Shown here: positions 26,502-36,271 of the stretch, in pieces
How positions within the stretch are numbered: the first letter of the stretch is position 1
How the letters are laid out: every line of letters starts with the position of its first letter
NCBI GenBank assembly: GCA_964476835.1
Contig: CAYZCE010000004.1
Span: forward strand, 16,244 to 80,243
Direction: 5' to 3'
Origin: an uncultured Rhodospirillaceae bacterium
GTDB lineage: Bacteria > Pseudomonadota > Alphaproteobacteria > Micavibrionales > UBA2020
Length of the DNA stretch: 64,000 nucleotides
Made by a program: the position numbers and the translations under genes
Notes under the pieces: generated by a model
The model's input: only the letters and a program-made list of their open reading frames with translations
What the model was told of the DNA's origin: nothing
The model's database searches: none

Positions 26502-28532
26502 ATGAAAGCGACGATGCGCCGCTGGCGCGCTTCGGCTGCTGTCCTGCTTGTCGCGATTTCCCTCACCGCCGCCATCCCTGCGATTGCCGAAGACGGCGAC
26601 GACCAGAGCGGCCCGAGCGCTTCCGCTTCCGACGCCACCAACGACTGCCAGAACAGCGGCGCCGACCTCAACGGCAGCTACCAGCAGAACCCCTGTAACC
26701 TGACCTCCACCAACCAGACGCTGATGGACGACGACGGCCACACCTTCGACCACACGGTGGGCTCAACGGTGACGACCCAGATCAACGCCTATCACGGCGG
26801 CGAGCAGGTGACCAACTACCTCGAAGGCTGGTGGCGCAACGAAGCCCTGCCCGCGCTGCGCGCGATGACCGGCCAGCTGAACCAGAGCCGCCTCGACCAG
26901 ACGCGCCAGATCGGCTCGATGATGGACGCCGCCTCCACCAACGAGATGGCGCTGAAGGGCCAGAAGGAAGAACTGAACGCCAACCGTCGCAACGCGCCGA
27001 GCGAACTCGCCTGCACCTCGACCACGCAGCTGAAGACGATGGACAAGGCCGCCGCGCTCGCCAAGGCCGTGCCCAAGGCGCTTAAAATGGATTTCAGCCG
27101 CCGCGCCGCCGGCGCGCCCGGCACGCCCGGCGAAGTCGGCCCCGCCGCCGACCAGGAAGCGCGCTGGCGCACGTACTGCGACGTCTTCGACGATCCCGAC
27201 AACAACAACGGCGTCAGCGCCTGCCCCGAGCAAGATGACGACGACACCGACAGCGGCGGCGGCATCCCCAACGGCGACGTCGCCGTTGAATCCCTGCTGC
27301 TGCAAGACACGATCGACGTCAGCGACCCCTTCAACTACGTCGCGCTCGGCTCGATGGTGCAGAACCTCGTCCAGCCGCACATCAAGCAACGCCTGCCCGA
27401 AAAGGTCGTCAATACCGACGCTGGGCATGAAGCGATCTTGAAGCAGCAGCACATCGATGCGATCCGCAACATCGCCGTGCACACGATTTCCTCCATCATC
27501 GCGCGCCGCACTTCCGTTCCGCTGGACCAGGCGGAGACCGATGCGGTCGACAGCGGCACCAGCAGCGACAACTCGGGTTCCGGCTCCAGCAGCAGCGGCA
27601 CCGGCGATGACGGCACGACACAGACCTTCCACGCCAGCACGCCGATCGGCTCCTCGTCAGATGCCTGCGCGTCTTATGACGGCTCCGGCTATTCGGCCTG
27701 CTTCGCCGAACATGAAATGAACCGCCTCGCCTCCAACCAGTCGGAACGCACCAATTCGCCCGGTCCCTATACCTCCGCGAAAGCGACGTTGTGCCAGCAC
27801 CTCTCCACCCTGTCGTCGCGCCGTTATTCGACCGGCGGCGAAGGCGCTTACCAGACGTGGAGCCTGATGGAGAAAAAGGGCCTCGTCGTCAAGAACCAGC
27901 AGCCGCAAAACGCCGGCGACATCGTCTACTGGAAGTGGACGGACGCGCACGCCAAGGAATGGTCGAAGGACCACGGCTATTCGACGACGCAATACTACGG
28001 CCACACCGGCGTCTATGCGGGCAGCAGCCAAGCGTTCTCGGTCACCCGCTTCAAGGGCTATCCGCCCATCACCAAGCACCCGATGAGCCGCTTCAGCAGC
28101 AGCCCGGACTACGTCTACCTCGGCTACGTTCCGCTGCCGAACGACGGTTCTGAAGTTTATCAGGTCGACCCCAGCAGCGGCAGCCAGACGTCCAATCCGC
28201 CGCCGCCGAAGGATCCTGCCGAGCGCATCTTCGAGATCCGCGAGCGCGCCGGCGTCGATCCCTCGTCCATCTCGCCGATGCCGAGCTACAACGAAGTCAT
28301 GCTCGCCATGACCAAGGAACGCTTCATGGACCCTGAATACTTCGTGCGCATGCAAGGCAACATGAGCGAGATCAAGCAGGAACAGACCTCGGTCAACGCC
28401 TTCATCACCGCGCAATATCAGGACATCTACGACCTGCAGGAGCAGATCAACGCCCTGCTCGCCGCGCGCGCCACGCTGAAGCTGGAAATGCAGAAGAAGG
28501 GCAATGCCGCGCAGGCCGCGCCGATCCAGTAA
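26502..28532 (+). CDS. large secreted protein of unknown family with candidate papain-like (CHAP/NlpC-P60-like) insert
   Basis: Signal peptide 'MRRWRASAAVLLVAISLTAAIPAIA/ED'; acidic low-complexity stretches; S/G/D linker; Cys (27792) ... 'GDIVYW' ... 'YGHTGVY' (His 28002) pattern; helical C-terminus. Start is 26502 or 26514. Confidence 0.7.
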   Translation: MKATMRRWRASAAVLLVAISLTAAIPAIAEDGDDQSGPSASASDATNDCQNSGADLNGSYQQNPCNLTSTNQTLMDDDGHTFDHTVGSTVTTQINAYHGGEQVTNYLEGWWRNEALPALRAMTGQLNQSRLDQTRQIGSMMDAASTNEMALKGQKEELNANRRNAPSELACTSTTQLKTMDKAAALAKAVPKALKMDFSRRAAGAPGTPGEVGPAADQEARWRTYCDVFDDPDNNNGVSACPEQDDDDTDSGGGIPNGDVAVESLLLQDTIDVSDPFNYVALGSMVQNLVQPHIKQRLPEKVVNTDAGHEAILKQQHIDAIRNIAVHTISSIIARRTSVPLDQAETDAVDSGTSSDNSGSGSSSSGTGDDGTTQTFHASTPIGSSSDACASYDGSGYSACFAEHEMNRLASNQSERTNSPGPYTSAKATLCQHLSTLSSRRYSTGGEGAYQTWSLMEKKGLVVKNQQPQNAGDIVYWKWTDAHAKEWSKDHGYSTTQYYGHTGVYAGSSQAFSVTRFKGYPPITKHPMSRFSSSPDYVYLGYVPLPNDGSEVYQVDPSSGSQTSNPPPPKDPAERIFEIRERAGVDPSSISPMPSYNEVMLAMTKERFMDPEYFVRMQGNMSEIKQEQTSVNAFITAQYQDIYDLQEQINALLAARATLKLEMQKKGNAAQAAPIQ

Positions 28533-28542
28533 GTGCCGGTTT

Positions 28543-29508
28543 TTATCCCAGATACCGTCTTGGGTCTATCGTCTTCGCGCCGTTGCGGATCTCGAAGTGC
28601 AGCTGTGCGCCGCTCACCGCGCCGGTCGAGCCGACCGTGCCGATGGCCTGCCCCTTCTTCACCGCCATGCCGCGCTTGACGTGCAGGCTGCCGAGATGGG
28701 CATAGGCCGTCATCATGCCACTGCCGTGGCGGATCAGCACGAGGTTGCCGTAGCTCTTAAGGTCGTCGCCGACATAGGCCACGACGCCGTCGGCCGCTGC
28801 CGCCACCGGCGCGCCGCGCGGGGCGACGATATTGATGCCGTCATTGAACAGGCCGCCGTCCTTGGGGCCGTAAGGTGAAATGACCTTGCCCTGCACAGGC
28901 CAGATGAAGTCGGAACGCTTTGACGATGCAACCGTTGTCTGCGCCGGCGCTTTTGGCATCGGCTTGGGCTGCACCAACGGCTGCGCGGGCGGCAGGGATT
29001 TCGGCGCAGGCAACGACTCGGCCTCGACCGCTTCGGGACGCTCTTCCGGCATGATTTCTTCGGGCGGCGCGGCGGCGGCTTCGACAGCCTGCGCGTGGCG
29101 CGACGGGATGCGCAATACCTGCCCCACGTGCAGTTGGTACGGTGCCGGAAGCGCGTTCACCTGCACGAGGCGCGAGACGGAGGCGCCGAACATCGCCGCC
29201 ACGCCGTGCACGCTGTCGCCAGCCTTGACCGTATAGTCGAGCGGCGCGGGCAGCTTGAGGCGCGTGCCGAGCGGCAGCGCATAGGGCGGCTTGAGGTCGT
29301 TGAGGTCGATGATGTCGCGGATCGGCAGGCGGTAGCGCTGCGAGATGTTCCAGAGCGTGTCGCCCTCTGAAACCATCGCGACACCCGCCGCGGATTCAGG
29401 CTGCAAGCCGAGGTTGACGACCGGTGCGGGTGGATCAATGCGGTCACAGGCAGAGAGCGAAAGTACCGCCACCAGCGCCGTAGAGACAAGGAACGTTCCG
29501 CGCCGCAT
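28543..29508 (-). CDS. nlpD: LysM-domain M23 peptidase lipoprotein (NlpD-like)
   Basis: Lipobox 'LSLSAC'; two LysM repeats ('GDTLWNISQRY', 'GDSVHGVAAMF'); M23 motifs 'GINIVAPRGAPV' and 'AQLHFEIR'. Classical surE-pcm-nlpD order. ATG 29508. Confidence 0.88.
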   Translation of the reverse strand: MRRGTFLVSTALVAVLSLSACDRIDPPAPVVNLGLQPESAAGVAMVSEGDTLWNISQRYRLPIRDIIDLNDLKPPYALPLGTRLKLPAPLDYTVKAGDSVHGVAAMFGASVSRLVQVNALPAPYQLHVGQVLRIPSRHAQAVEAAAAPPEEIMPEERPEAVEAESLPAPKSLPPAQPLVQPKPMPKAPAQTTVASSKRSDFIWPVQGKVISPYGPKDGGLFNDGINIVAPRGAPVAAAADGVVAYVGDDLKSYGNLVLIRHGSGMMTAYAHLGSLHVKRGMAVKKGQAIGTVGSTGAVSGAQLHFEIRNGAKTIDPRRYLG

Positions 29509-29513
29509 GATAT

Positions 29514-30233
29514 TCAGCCCTGAAACGCAAAGGCCGGGTTCATCAGGAACGGTTCGGCCAACTCGTCCTGGTCCTGCACCGGGTCCGGCTCGTTGCGCGC
29601 GACTTCGGGCAGCAGCGGCACGAACCGCACGGGCATCAGGCGCTCGCAATCGAAGCCCGTCTCGGTGCGCGTGATGCGGTAGACAAACTGGCTGGCCTTG
29701 TCGCGGCCCATCGGGATGATCATGATGCCGCCGACCGACATTTGATCCAGCAAGGCTTGTGGCGGCTCTTCAGCCGCAGCGGCGGTGACGATGATGCGGT
29801 CGAACGGCGCCTGTTCGATCCAGCCCTTCATGCCGTCGGCGGCCTTGCAGGTGATGTTGCGCACGCGCAGGTCGGTCATGCGGCGCTCGGCGGTTTCCAG
29901 CAGCGGGCGGTGGCGCTCGATGCTATAGACGCGGCGGCAGAGCTTGGCGAGGATCGCCGCTTGGTAGCCCGACCCGGTGCCGATCTCCAGCACCTTGTGG
30001 CGGTCGTTGACTTTCAGTTCCTGCGTCATGCGCGCGACGACCAGCGGCTGGCTGATCGTCTGCCCGCGCCCGATGGGGAGCGCGATATCTTCATAGGCCT
30101 GGTCGTGGAACATGAGCGGGATGAAATCCTCGCGCGGCACGCGCTCGATTGCGGCCAAAACCGCCGTGTCCGTGATGCCCGAGGTGCGGAGCTTCATGAT
30201 CAGGCGGATTTTGCGCGCAAGCATCACGCTCAT
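29514..30233 (-). CDS. pcm: protein-L-isoaspartate O-methyltransferase
   Basis: 'GQTISQP' and SAM motif 'VLEIGTGSGYQAAILA'; about 25-aa C-terminal extension relative to typical Pcm. Confidence 0.9.
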   Translation of the reverse strand: MSVMLARKIRLIMKLRTSGITDTAVLAAIERVPREDFIPLMFHDQAYEDIALPIGRGQTISQPLVVARMTQELKVNDRHKVLEIGTGSGYQAAILAKLCRRVYSIERHRPLLETAERRMTDLRVRNITCKAADGMKGWIEQAPFDRIIVTAAAAEEPPQALLDQMSVGGIMIIPMGRDKASQFVYRITRTETGFDCERLMPVRFVPLLPEVARNEPDPVQDQDELAEPFLMNPAFAFQG

Positions 30234-31018
30234 TTAAACAGTCCTTCCAAATCCTGCAGGGTCGGGTAGTGCGTGAGGTTGAGCGAGAGCGGCGTGATCG
30301 TCACATGACCCGCCTTCATCGAGCCGACGTCGGTCGTCGGATCGTTCTCGTCGCGCTTTGGCGGCGCGCCGACCCAGAAATACGGGCGGCCGCGCGGATC
30401 GACCGACTGCTGCATCGCCTGGTCCTTCATGTTGAAGTGGCCCTGCTTGCGCGCGCGGATTTCCGGCACCACGCCGGGCTTGGCGACGGGGAAGTTGACG
30501 CTCATCAGCACGTTGTCGGCCCACGAACGGCCTTCGAAGGCCTTGAGGATTTTCGGCACGTAGTCGCGCGCGACGGACCAGTCCGGCTTGCCGCCGAGCT
30601 CGTCGAAATCCTGGCTGAAAGCGATCGCCGGCACGCCCAGCAGCGTCGCCTCGATGGCCGCCGCGATGGTGCCCGAATAGGTCACGTCGTCCGCCGTGTT
30701 CTGGCCGTGGTTGATGCCGGAGACGACGAGGTGCGGCTCGAAGCCCTTCATGACTTTCTGGATGCCCATCAGCACGCTGTCGGTCGGCGTGCCGTAGACG
30801 GAGACGTGGTTCTCATCATATTCCTTGATGCGCAGCGGCATGTGGATGGTCAGCGAGTGGCCGGCGGCCGACTGCTGGTTCTCCGGCGCCACGACCCATA
30901 CGTTGGGCGTGATCTTGCGGATCGCCTCTTCCAGAACCTTGATGCCGTCGGAATGGATGCCGTCGTCGTTGGCGATCAGCACGCGCGCCTTTGAAAGGTC
31001 GGTCGGGAACTTCAACAT
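30230..31018 (-). CDS. surE: 5'/3'-nucleotidase SurE
   Basis: 'VLIANDDGIHSDGI', 'SGINHGQN'. Confidence 0.92.
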   Translation of the reverse strand: MLKFPTDLSKARVLIANDDGIHSDGIKVLEEAIRKITPNVWVVAPENQQSAAGHSLTIHMPLRIKEYDENHVSVYGTPTDSVLMGIQKVMKGFEPHLVVSGINHGQNTADDVTYSGTIAAAIEATLLGVPAIAFSQDFDELGGKPDWSVARDYVPKILKAFEGRSWADNVLMSVNFPVAKPGVVPEIRARKQGHFNMKDQAMQQSVDPRGRPYFWVGAPPKRDENDPTTDVGSMKAGHVTITPLSLNLTHYPTLQDLEGLFK

Positions 31019-32292
31019 TACTTTAAGGGCTCCAGTTTGGTGACGCCGCCCATATAGGGCTTGAGCGCATCGGGCACCACGACGCTGCCGTCGGGCTGCT
31101 GGTAGTTTTCGAGCACGGCGATCAGCGCGCGTCCTACCGCCACGCCCGAGCCGTTGAGCGTGTGGACGTAGGTCGTGCTCTTGTCGCCGTCCTTCTTGTA
31201 GCGCGCCATCATGCGGCGCGCCTGGAAGTCGCCGCAGTTCGAGCAGCTCGAGATTTCGCGGTAGGTGTCCTGCCCCGGCAGCCAGACCTCGATGTCATAG
31301 GTCTTGCGCGAACCGAAGCCCATGTCGCCCGTGCAGAGCGTGATGGTGCGGAACGGCAGGTCGAGCTTCTTGAGCACGTTTTCAGCGCAGGACGTCATGC
31401 GCTCATGCTCTTCGTCCGACTTGTCGGCGGCGGTGATGCTGACGAGTTCCACCTTGTAGAACTGGTGCTGGCGGATCATGCCGCGCGTGTCCTTGCCCGC
31501 CGCGCCCGCTTCGGAGCGGAAGCACGGCGTCAGCGACGTCAGGCGCAGCGGCAGGTCGGCAGCGTTCAGGATGCTGTCGAGAACCGTATTGGTCAGCGAC
31601 ACTTCCGACGTCGGGATCAGCCAGTGGCCGGTATTGGTCTTGAAGAGGTCTTCGGCGAATTTCGGCAGCTGGTTGGTGCCGTAGAGCGCGGCATCGCGCA
31701 CCAGCAAAGGCACGGACAATTCGGTGTAGCCGTGTTCGCGCGTGTGCAAGTCGAGCATGAACTGGCCGAGCGCACGCTCGAGCCTGGCGACCTGGCTCTT
31801 GAGCAGGACGAAGCGTGTGCCGGACATCTTTGCCGCCGTCTCGAAATCCATGCCGCCGAGGCCTTCGCCGAGGGCGACGTGATCGCGCGGTTTCTCGATC
31901 TTCTTGGGCGTGCCGACGCGGCGCACTTCGACGTTGTCCTTCTCGGACCCGCCGTTGGGCACGGTGGCGTCGGGGATGTTCGGCAGGCGGCTGAGGACGT
32001 CCTTGACCAGTTCGCCGGATGCGGCGGCCTTGCCCTCAAGGCTGGCGATTTCTTCCTTGAGCTTCGTGGCCTCGGCCATCTGGGCGTCGGCGTTCTCCTT
32101 CTTGGCCTTGAGCTGGCCGACGATCTTGGAGACTTCGTTGAGCTTGGCCTTGGCCTGCTCCATCTCGGTCAGCTGGGCGCGGTGCTCGGCGTCGAGCGCG
32201 AGGATGCCGGCGGTTTGCGGTTCCAGCCCGCGGCGGCGCCAGCCGGAATCAAAATTCTCGGGCATCTCCCGAATAAGTTTCAGATCGAACAT
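31018..32292 (-). CDS. serS: seryl-tRNA synthetase
   Basis: N-terminal coiled-coil arm; class-II motifs ('FRSEAG', '[18 protein letters not shown]'). Confidence 0.95.
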   Translation of the reverse strand: MFDLKLIREMPENFDSGWRRRGLEPQTAGILALDAEHRAQLTEMEQAKAKLNEVSKIVGQLKAKKENADAQMAEATKLKEEIASLEGKAAASGELVKDVLSRLPNIPDATVPNGGSEKDNVEVRRVGTPKKIEKPRDHVALGEGLGGMDFETAAKMSGTRFVLLKSQVARLERALGQFMLDLHTREHGYTELSVPLLVRDAALYGTNQLPKFAEDLFKTNTGHWLIPTSEVSLTNTVLDSILNAADLPLRLTSLTPCFRSEAGAAGKDTRGMIRQHQFYKVELVSITAADKSDEEHERMTSCAENVLKKLDLPFRTITLCTGDMGFGSRKTYDIEVWLPGQDTYREISSCSNCGDFQARRMMARYKKDGDKSTTYVHTLNGSGVAVGRALIAVLENYQQPDGSVVVPDALKPYMGGVTKLEPLK

Positions 32293-32333
32293 CGTAACTC
32301 TCTCAAAATGTGGAAGGTTCCCCCGAACCCAAC

Positions 32334-33095
32334 TTATTGAAGTCTACGCTTTTTCTCGGAGAACTTCACGAGAAAAACAGAGATTTCATAGAGTCCCATG
32401 AGCGGCACGGCGAGCATGATCTGGCTCATGATGTCAGGCGGGGTGAGGACGGCGGCGACGGTGAAGATCGCGACGATCGCATAGCGGCGCTTCTCCGCCA
32501 GCCCCTTCGCGGTGACGAGGCCGACGCGCGCGAGCAGCGTGAGCAGCACCGGCATCTGGAAGCAGAAGCCGAAAGCGAAGATCAAGGTCATGACGAGCGA
32601 GAGATACTCCCCTACCCGCGCTTCAAGCTGGATCGGAAGATCGCTGTTGAAGGTCTGGAAACTCGCGAAAAATTTCCACGCAACGGGGATGACGAAGCAA
32701 TAGACGAAGGCCGCACCGATCAGGAACAAGACCGGCGTCGCGACGAGGAACGGCAGGAAGGCGCTTCTCTCGTTCTTGTAAAGCCCCGGCGCCACGAACA
32801 TCCAGACCTGCGCCGCGATGATCGGGAACGACAGGAAGCCGCCCGCGAAGACCGCGAGCTTCATGTAAGTGAAGAAGGCCTCGGTCAGGCCGGTATAGAT
32901 CAGGCGGCGGTTTTCGCCGTGAAGGACATCGGCCAGCGGCCTGACAAGGAAGGAATAAATGTCTTCCGCGTAATGATAGCAGATGAGGCTCGCGACCACG
33001 AAGGCGAGGATGGAATAAACCAGCCGGCGGCGCAGCTCGATCAGGTGCGCGATCAGCGGCATTTCAGGCGATTGAACGGCTTGATTTTCAGCCAT
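32334..33095 (-). CDS. tatC: twin-arginine translocase subunit TatC
   Basis: '[14 protein letters not shown]' N-terminus; 6 TM. ATG 33095 overlaps the tatB end. Confidence 0.9.
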   Translation of the reverse strand: MAENQAVQSPEMPLIAHLIELRRRLVYSILAFVVASLICYHYAEDIYSFLVRPLADVLHGENRRLIYTGLTEAFFTYMKLAVFAGGFLSFPIIAAQVWMFVAPGLYKNERSAFLPFLVATPVLFLIGAAFVYCFVIPVAWKFFASFQTFNSDLPIQLEARVGEYLSLVMTLIFAFGFCFQMPVLLTLLARVGLVTAKGLAEKRRYAIVAIFTVAAVLTPPDIMSQIMLAVPLMGLYEISVFLVKFSEKKRRLQ

Positions 33096-33372
33096 TTGTG
33101 GAGCTTTTCTCAGATTGCTCTTTAGAAATCTGGCGATCGATCTCGAACTGCAGGTTCTCGCCACCCGGGGCATTGGCCTCGCGGGTGATTTCCTCAAGCT
33201 CGCCTTCGGCCATCACTTCTTCGATTGATTTCTGAACGTCGTAAGACAACTTCTTGACCTTACGCATCATTTTTCCGGCGTTATACAACACGCCCGGCAG
33301 GTCCTTCGGGCCGATGACTACGACCGCGACCGCGACAATCAACAGGAATTCGGGAAGGCCGATGCCAAACAC
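33088..33372 (-). CDS. tatB: twin-arginine translocase subunit TatB
   Basis: 'FGIGLPEFLLIVAVAVVVIGPKDLP'; GTG start. Confidence 0.85.
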   Translation of the reverse strand: MFGIGLPEFLLIVAVAVVVIGPKDLPGVLYNAGKMMRKVKKLSYDVQKSIEEVMAEGELEEITREANAPGGENLQFEIDRQISKEQSEKSSTNG

Positions 33373-33373
33373 C

Positions 33374-33541
33374 TTAGCCTGCCTTCGGCTTGTCGCCCTT
33401 GTCGTCTTCGCCCTTGAGGCCGTCCTTGAAGTTGCGGAGGCCCTTGCCGAGGTCGCCCATGACGTTGGGCAGCTTGCCCGCGCCGAACAGCACCAGCACC
33501 ACGACCAGCAGCAGCAGAATATGCCCGAAGCTCAAACCCAT
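33374..33541 (-). CDS. tatA: twin-arginine translocase subunit TatA (55 aa)
   Basis: Hand-translated: [55 protein letters not shown]; absent from the ORF track (<60 aa). Confidence 0.88.
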   Translation of the reverse strand: MGLSFGHILLLLVVVLVLFGAGKLPNVMGDLGKGLRNFKDGLKGEDDKGDKPKAG

Positions 33542-33556
33542 ATGAAAATTCCTTGT

Positions 33557-34453
33557 TTACTTGTCGTCTTCTTCGTCGGACGCATCGTCTTCGTCATCGA
33601 AGTCGTCGTCATCATCGTCGCCTTCGTCTTCGTCGAGCGCTTCCATGTCGGTCGTCTCTTCTTCGCCATCAGCTTCGACGTTTTCGTCGTCCTGGCGGCC
33701 GATGAGGTCTTCGTCGGTGACCTCGTTCGGGTCCGCGCCTTCTTCGTCGCCGAAGAGGTCGGAGGTGGAACCCGGCATCGCCTCGATCGCGGGGCGCTTG
33801 TCGAGCAGGCCGGAAGCCTTCAGCTCATCCATGCCCGGCAGGTCGCCGAGGCGCTCGAGGCCGAAGTGGTCGAGGAAGGCCTGCGTGGTCAGCCAGGTGA
33901 CGGGACGGCCGGGGACTTCGCGGCGCTTGCCGGGCTTGATCCAGCCTGCTTCCATCAGCGCGTCGAGCGCGCCGGGGCTGGTGGCGACACCGCGGATGTT
34001 TTCGATTTCAGCGCGGGTGACGGGCTGGTGATAGGCGATGATCGCCATCGTCTCCATCGCGGCGCGGGTGAACTTGCGCGGCTGTTCTTTTTCAAGACGC
34101 AACTGTTCGCCGAGGTCGGTGGCCGTGCGCAGCGCCCACTTGCGGTCGCGCTGCACGAGGTTGACGCCGCGGCCCGCGTATTGCTCTTGCAGGTGCGCGA
34201 GAACGTCGGGGATCAGCGCGACGCGCTCGGCGGGGAAACGCTCGGCCATCACGCGCTCGTCGAGCGGGTTGCTGGAGGCGAACAGCATCGCCTCGATCAG
34301 GCGGATGTCGTCCTGCGTCATTTCCGGCTTCGGTTGCTCTTCTTCGGCAACAACTTCGTCTTCCGCGACGGTTTCTTCCTCGATCGCGGTTTCGGATTCA
34401 ATCACGAGCGCCTCTTCTTCGGCGAGCTCATTTTTCTTCTTGGACTTGGCCAT
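33557..34453 (-). CDS. scpB: segregation and condensation protein B with long acidic N- and C-terminal tails
   Basis: Core 'IEAMLFASSNPL...MAIIAYHQPVTRAEIENIRGV'; C-terminal about 80 aa D/E-rich ('DEDEGDDDDDDFDDEDDASDEEDDK'). Confidence 0.85.
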   Translation of the reverse strand: MAKSKKKNELAEEEALVIESETAIEEETVAEDEVVAEEEQPKPEMTQDDIRLIEAMLFASSNPLDERVMAERFPAERVALIPDVLAHLQEQYAGRGVNLVQRDRKWALRTATDLGEQLRLEKEQPRKFTRAAMETMAIIAYHQPVTRAEIENIRGVATSPGALDALMEAGWIKPGKRREVPGRPVTWLTTQAFLDHFGLERLGDLPGMDELKASGLLDKRPAIEAMPGSTSDLFGDEEGADPNEVTDEDLIGRQDDENVEADGEEETTDMEALDEDEGDDDDDDFDDEDDASDEEDDK

Positions 34454-35261
34454 CTGCCACCTCTTCCTTCTTGTCGGTCGGGCGCCGGATGAAGATCGGC
34501 GCGTAGTTCTTGTCTTGCATGATCTGGATCAGGCCGCGTTTCGCCATCTCGAGCGCGCCGCCGAAGGTGGAGGCCACCGCCGAGCGCTTGACGATGCGTT
34601 CCTGCAGGCCGCCCGGCAGGAACATGAACAAGGAGACCCAGTCCTGCGGGATCTTGCCGAGCATCTGCCCCATGCGCTCGATCGCGTCTTCGAGCGAGAA
34701 CAGCTTGACGGGATTCAGCTTGTAAACCGAATTCTTCTGGCGCTGCTGGATGTCGCCGTAGGCTTTCAGCATGTCGTACAGCGTCATCTCGTACTTCGAG
34801 ATATACGAGGTCGGCAGGCCTTCCGCATCGCCGCGGCCGAAGACGTTGAAGCCGAGGCGCGGCAGGTGGAACAGGTCGTTGGCGACCTTGCGCATCGCCT
34901 CGAGGCGGCGCAGCTGGAACTGCAGCGCTTCAGCGAGGTCTTGCGCCGAGGGCTCCGTCTGCTTCTGCTCTTCCTTGGGGATCAGCAGGCGCGACTTCAG
35001 GTACGCGAGCCATGCGGCCATGACTAGGTAATCCGCCGCGAGTTCGAGGCGCAGCTCGCGCGCCTTCTCGACGAATTCAAGGTACTGGTTGGCGAGCGCG
35101 AGGATGGAGATCTTCGTCAGGTCAACCTTCTGGTCGCGCGCGAGCGTGAGCAGCATGTCGATCGGCCCGTCGAAATCGCCGAGCTGGAGCAGCAGCTGCT
35201 CGCCCTCGATCCGCTCCTTGGTCAGGAGGTCTTCTTCAAATTGTGCGCTCTCGTTGCTCAT
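34428..35261 (-). CDS. scpA: segregation and condensation protein A
   Basis: 'FDGPIDMLLTLARDQKVDLTKISILALANQYLEF'. ATG 35261 overlaps the nagZ stop. Confidence 0.85.
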   Translation of the reverse strand: MSNESAQFEEDLLTKERIEGEQLLLQLGDFDGPIDMLLTLARDQKVDLTKISILALANQYLEFVEKARELRLELAADYLVMAAWLAYLKSRLLIPKEEQKQTEPSAQDLAEALQFQLRRLEAMRKVANDLFHLPRLGFNVFGRGDAEGLPTSYISKYEMTLYDMLKAYGDIQQRQKNSVYKLNPVKLFSLEDAIERMGQMLGKIPQDWVSLFMFLPGGLQERIVKRSAVASTFGGALEMAKRGLIQIMQDKNYAPIFIRRPTDKKEEVADGQVQEEK

Positions 35262-36271
35262 CCGATCTTCTTCATCGTCTTCAGTTTCGCTGCGCGTTGC
35301 GCTTCCGCCGCCTCGATGCGTGCCGCCGATACGGCCGTCACTTTCGGCGAGGCCTGCAGCGCGGTCACGCGGTCCTCGAAGCTGCCGTTGCACAACATCG
35401 TCAGGTCCATGCCCGCCGCCATCGTGTCCGTCACGCGGCTTTCCAGCGTGCCGCCGAGCGCCTTCATCGAGATATCGTCGGCGAGCAGCACACCCTCGAA
35501 GCCGATCTCGCCCCGCACCACCTCGTCGGTGATGCGCTTCGATACGGTCGCGGCAGAATCATGATCCAGCTGCGAGTATACAACATGCGCCGCCATCGCC
35601 CAAAGCGCCGTTTTCATATCCGTATGCGCGAGGTATTTGAAGGGCTTGAAGTCGATTTCGGAGAGAAGACTATGGGAAACATCGACAACCGGGAGCGCCA
35701 AATGGCTGTCCACCTTGGCGCGGCCATGGCCGGGAATGTGCTTGATGACGGGCGTCACGGCGCCGTCGAGCAGGCCGCGGCAGACCGCCTCGCCCAGCAC
35801 GCCGACGCGTTCGGGGTCGTCGCTATAGGTGCGGCTGGCGGAGAGGAACGCGTGGCAATCCGGCGCGGGCACGTCGACGACGGGCGCGCAATTGACGGTG
35901 ATGCCCATGTCGATGAGGTCGAGCGCCATGCGGTACGAATTGAGGCGCGTCGCCTTGACGCCCTCTTCCAGCGAGGTCGCGGCGAGGTCGCCGAAGCTCT
36001 TGGCCGTCGGGTATTCGATCCATTCCGGCATCTTGAGGCGCGAGACGGAACCGCCTTCCTGGTCGATCAGCACCGGCACATCGGCGCGTCCGACGCAGGC
36101 GCGCATCGCGGCAACCAGTTCGGTCACCTGCGCACGGCTGACGCAGTTGCGCTTGAAGAGGATGAAGCCCGCGGGCTTTTCGCTCTTGAAGAGCTGCTCT
36201 TCTTCGCGCGTCAGTTCGGTGCCGGTGGCGTCGACGATGATCGCCTTCATGGCGGTAAATTGAGTGCTCAT
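35258..36271 (-). CDS. nagZ: beta-N-acetylhexosaminidase (GH3)
   Basis: 'IDQEGGSVSRL', 'KHIPGHGRA'. Start is 36271 (TGATG overlap with the upstream stop) or 36298. Confidence 0.85.
   Translation of the reverse strand: MSTQFTAMKAIIVDATGTELTREEEQLFKSEKPAGFILFKRNCVSRAQVTELVAAMRACVGRADVPVLIDQEGGSVSRLKMPEWIEYPTAKSFGDLAATSLEEGVKATRLNSYRMALDLIDMGITVNCAPVVDVPAPDCHAFLSASRTYSDDPERVGVLGEAVCRGLLDGAVTPVIKHIPGHGRAKVDSHLALPVVDVSHSLLSEIDFKPFKYLAHTDMKTALWAMAAHVVYSQLDHDSAATVSKRITDEVVRGEIGFEGVLLADDISMKALGGTLESRVTDTMAAGMDLTMLCNGSFEDRVTALQASPKVTAVSAARIEAAEAQRAAKLKTMKKIG

Noticed and set aside
33560-33700. GA/GT-rich repetitive-looking DNA
   Set aside because: It is the coding sequence of the ScpB poly-Asp/Glu tail, not a tandem repeat array or CRISPR.
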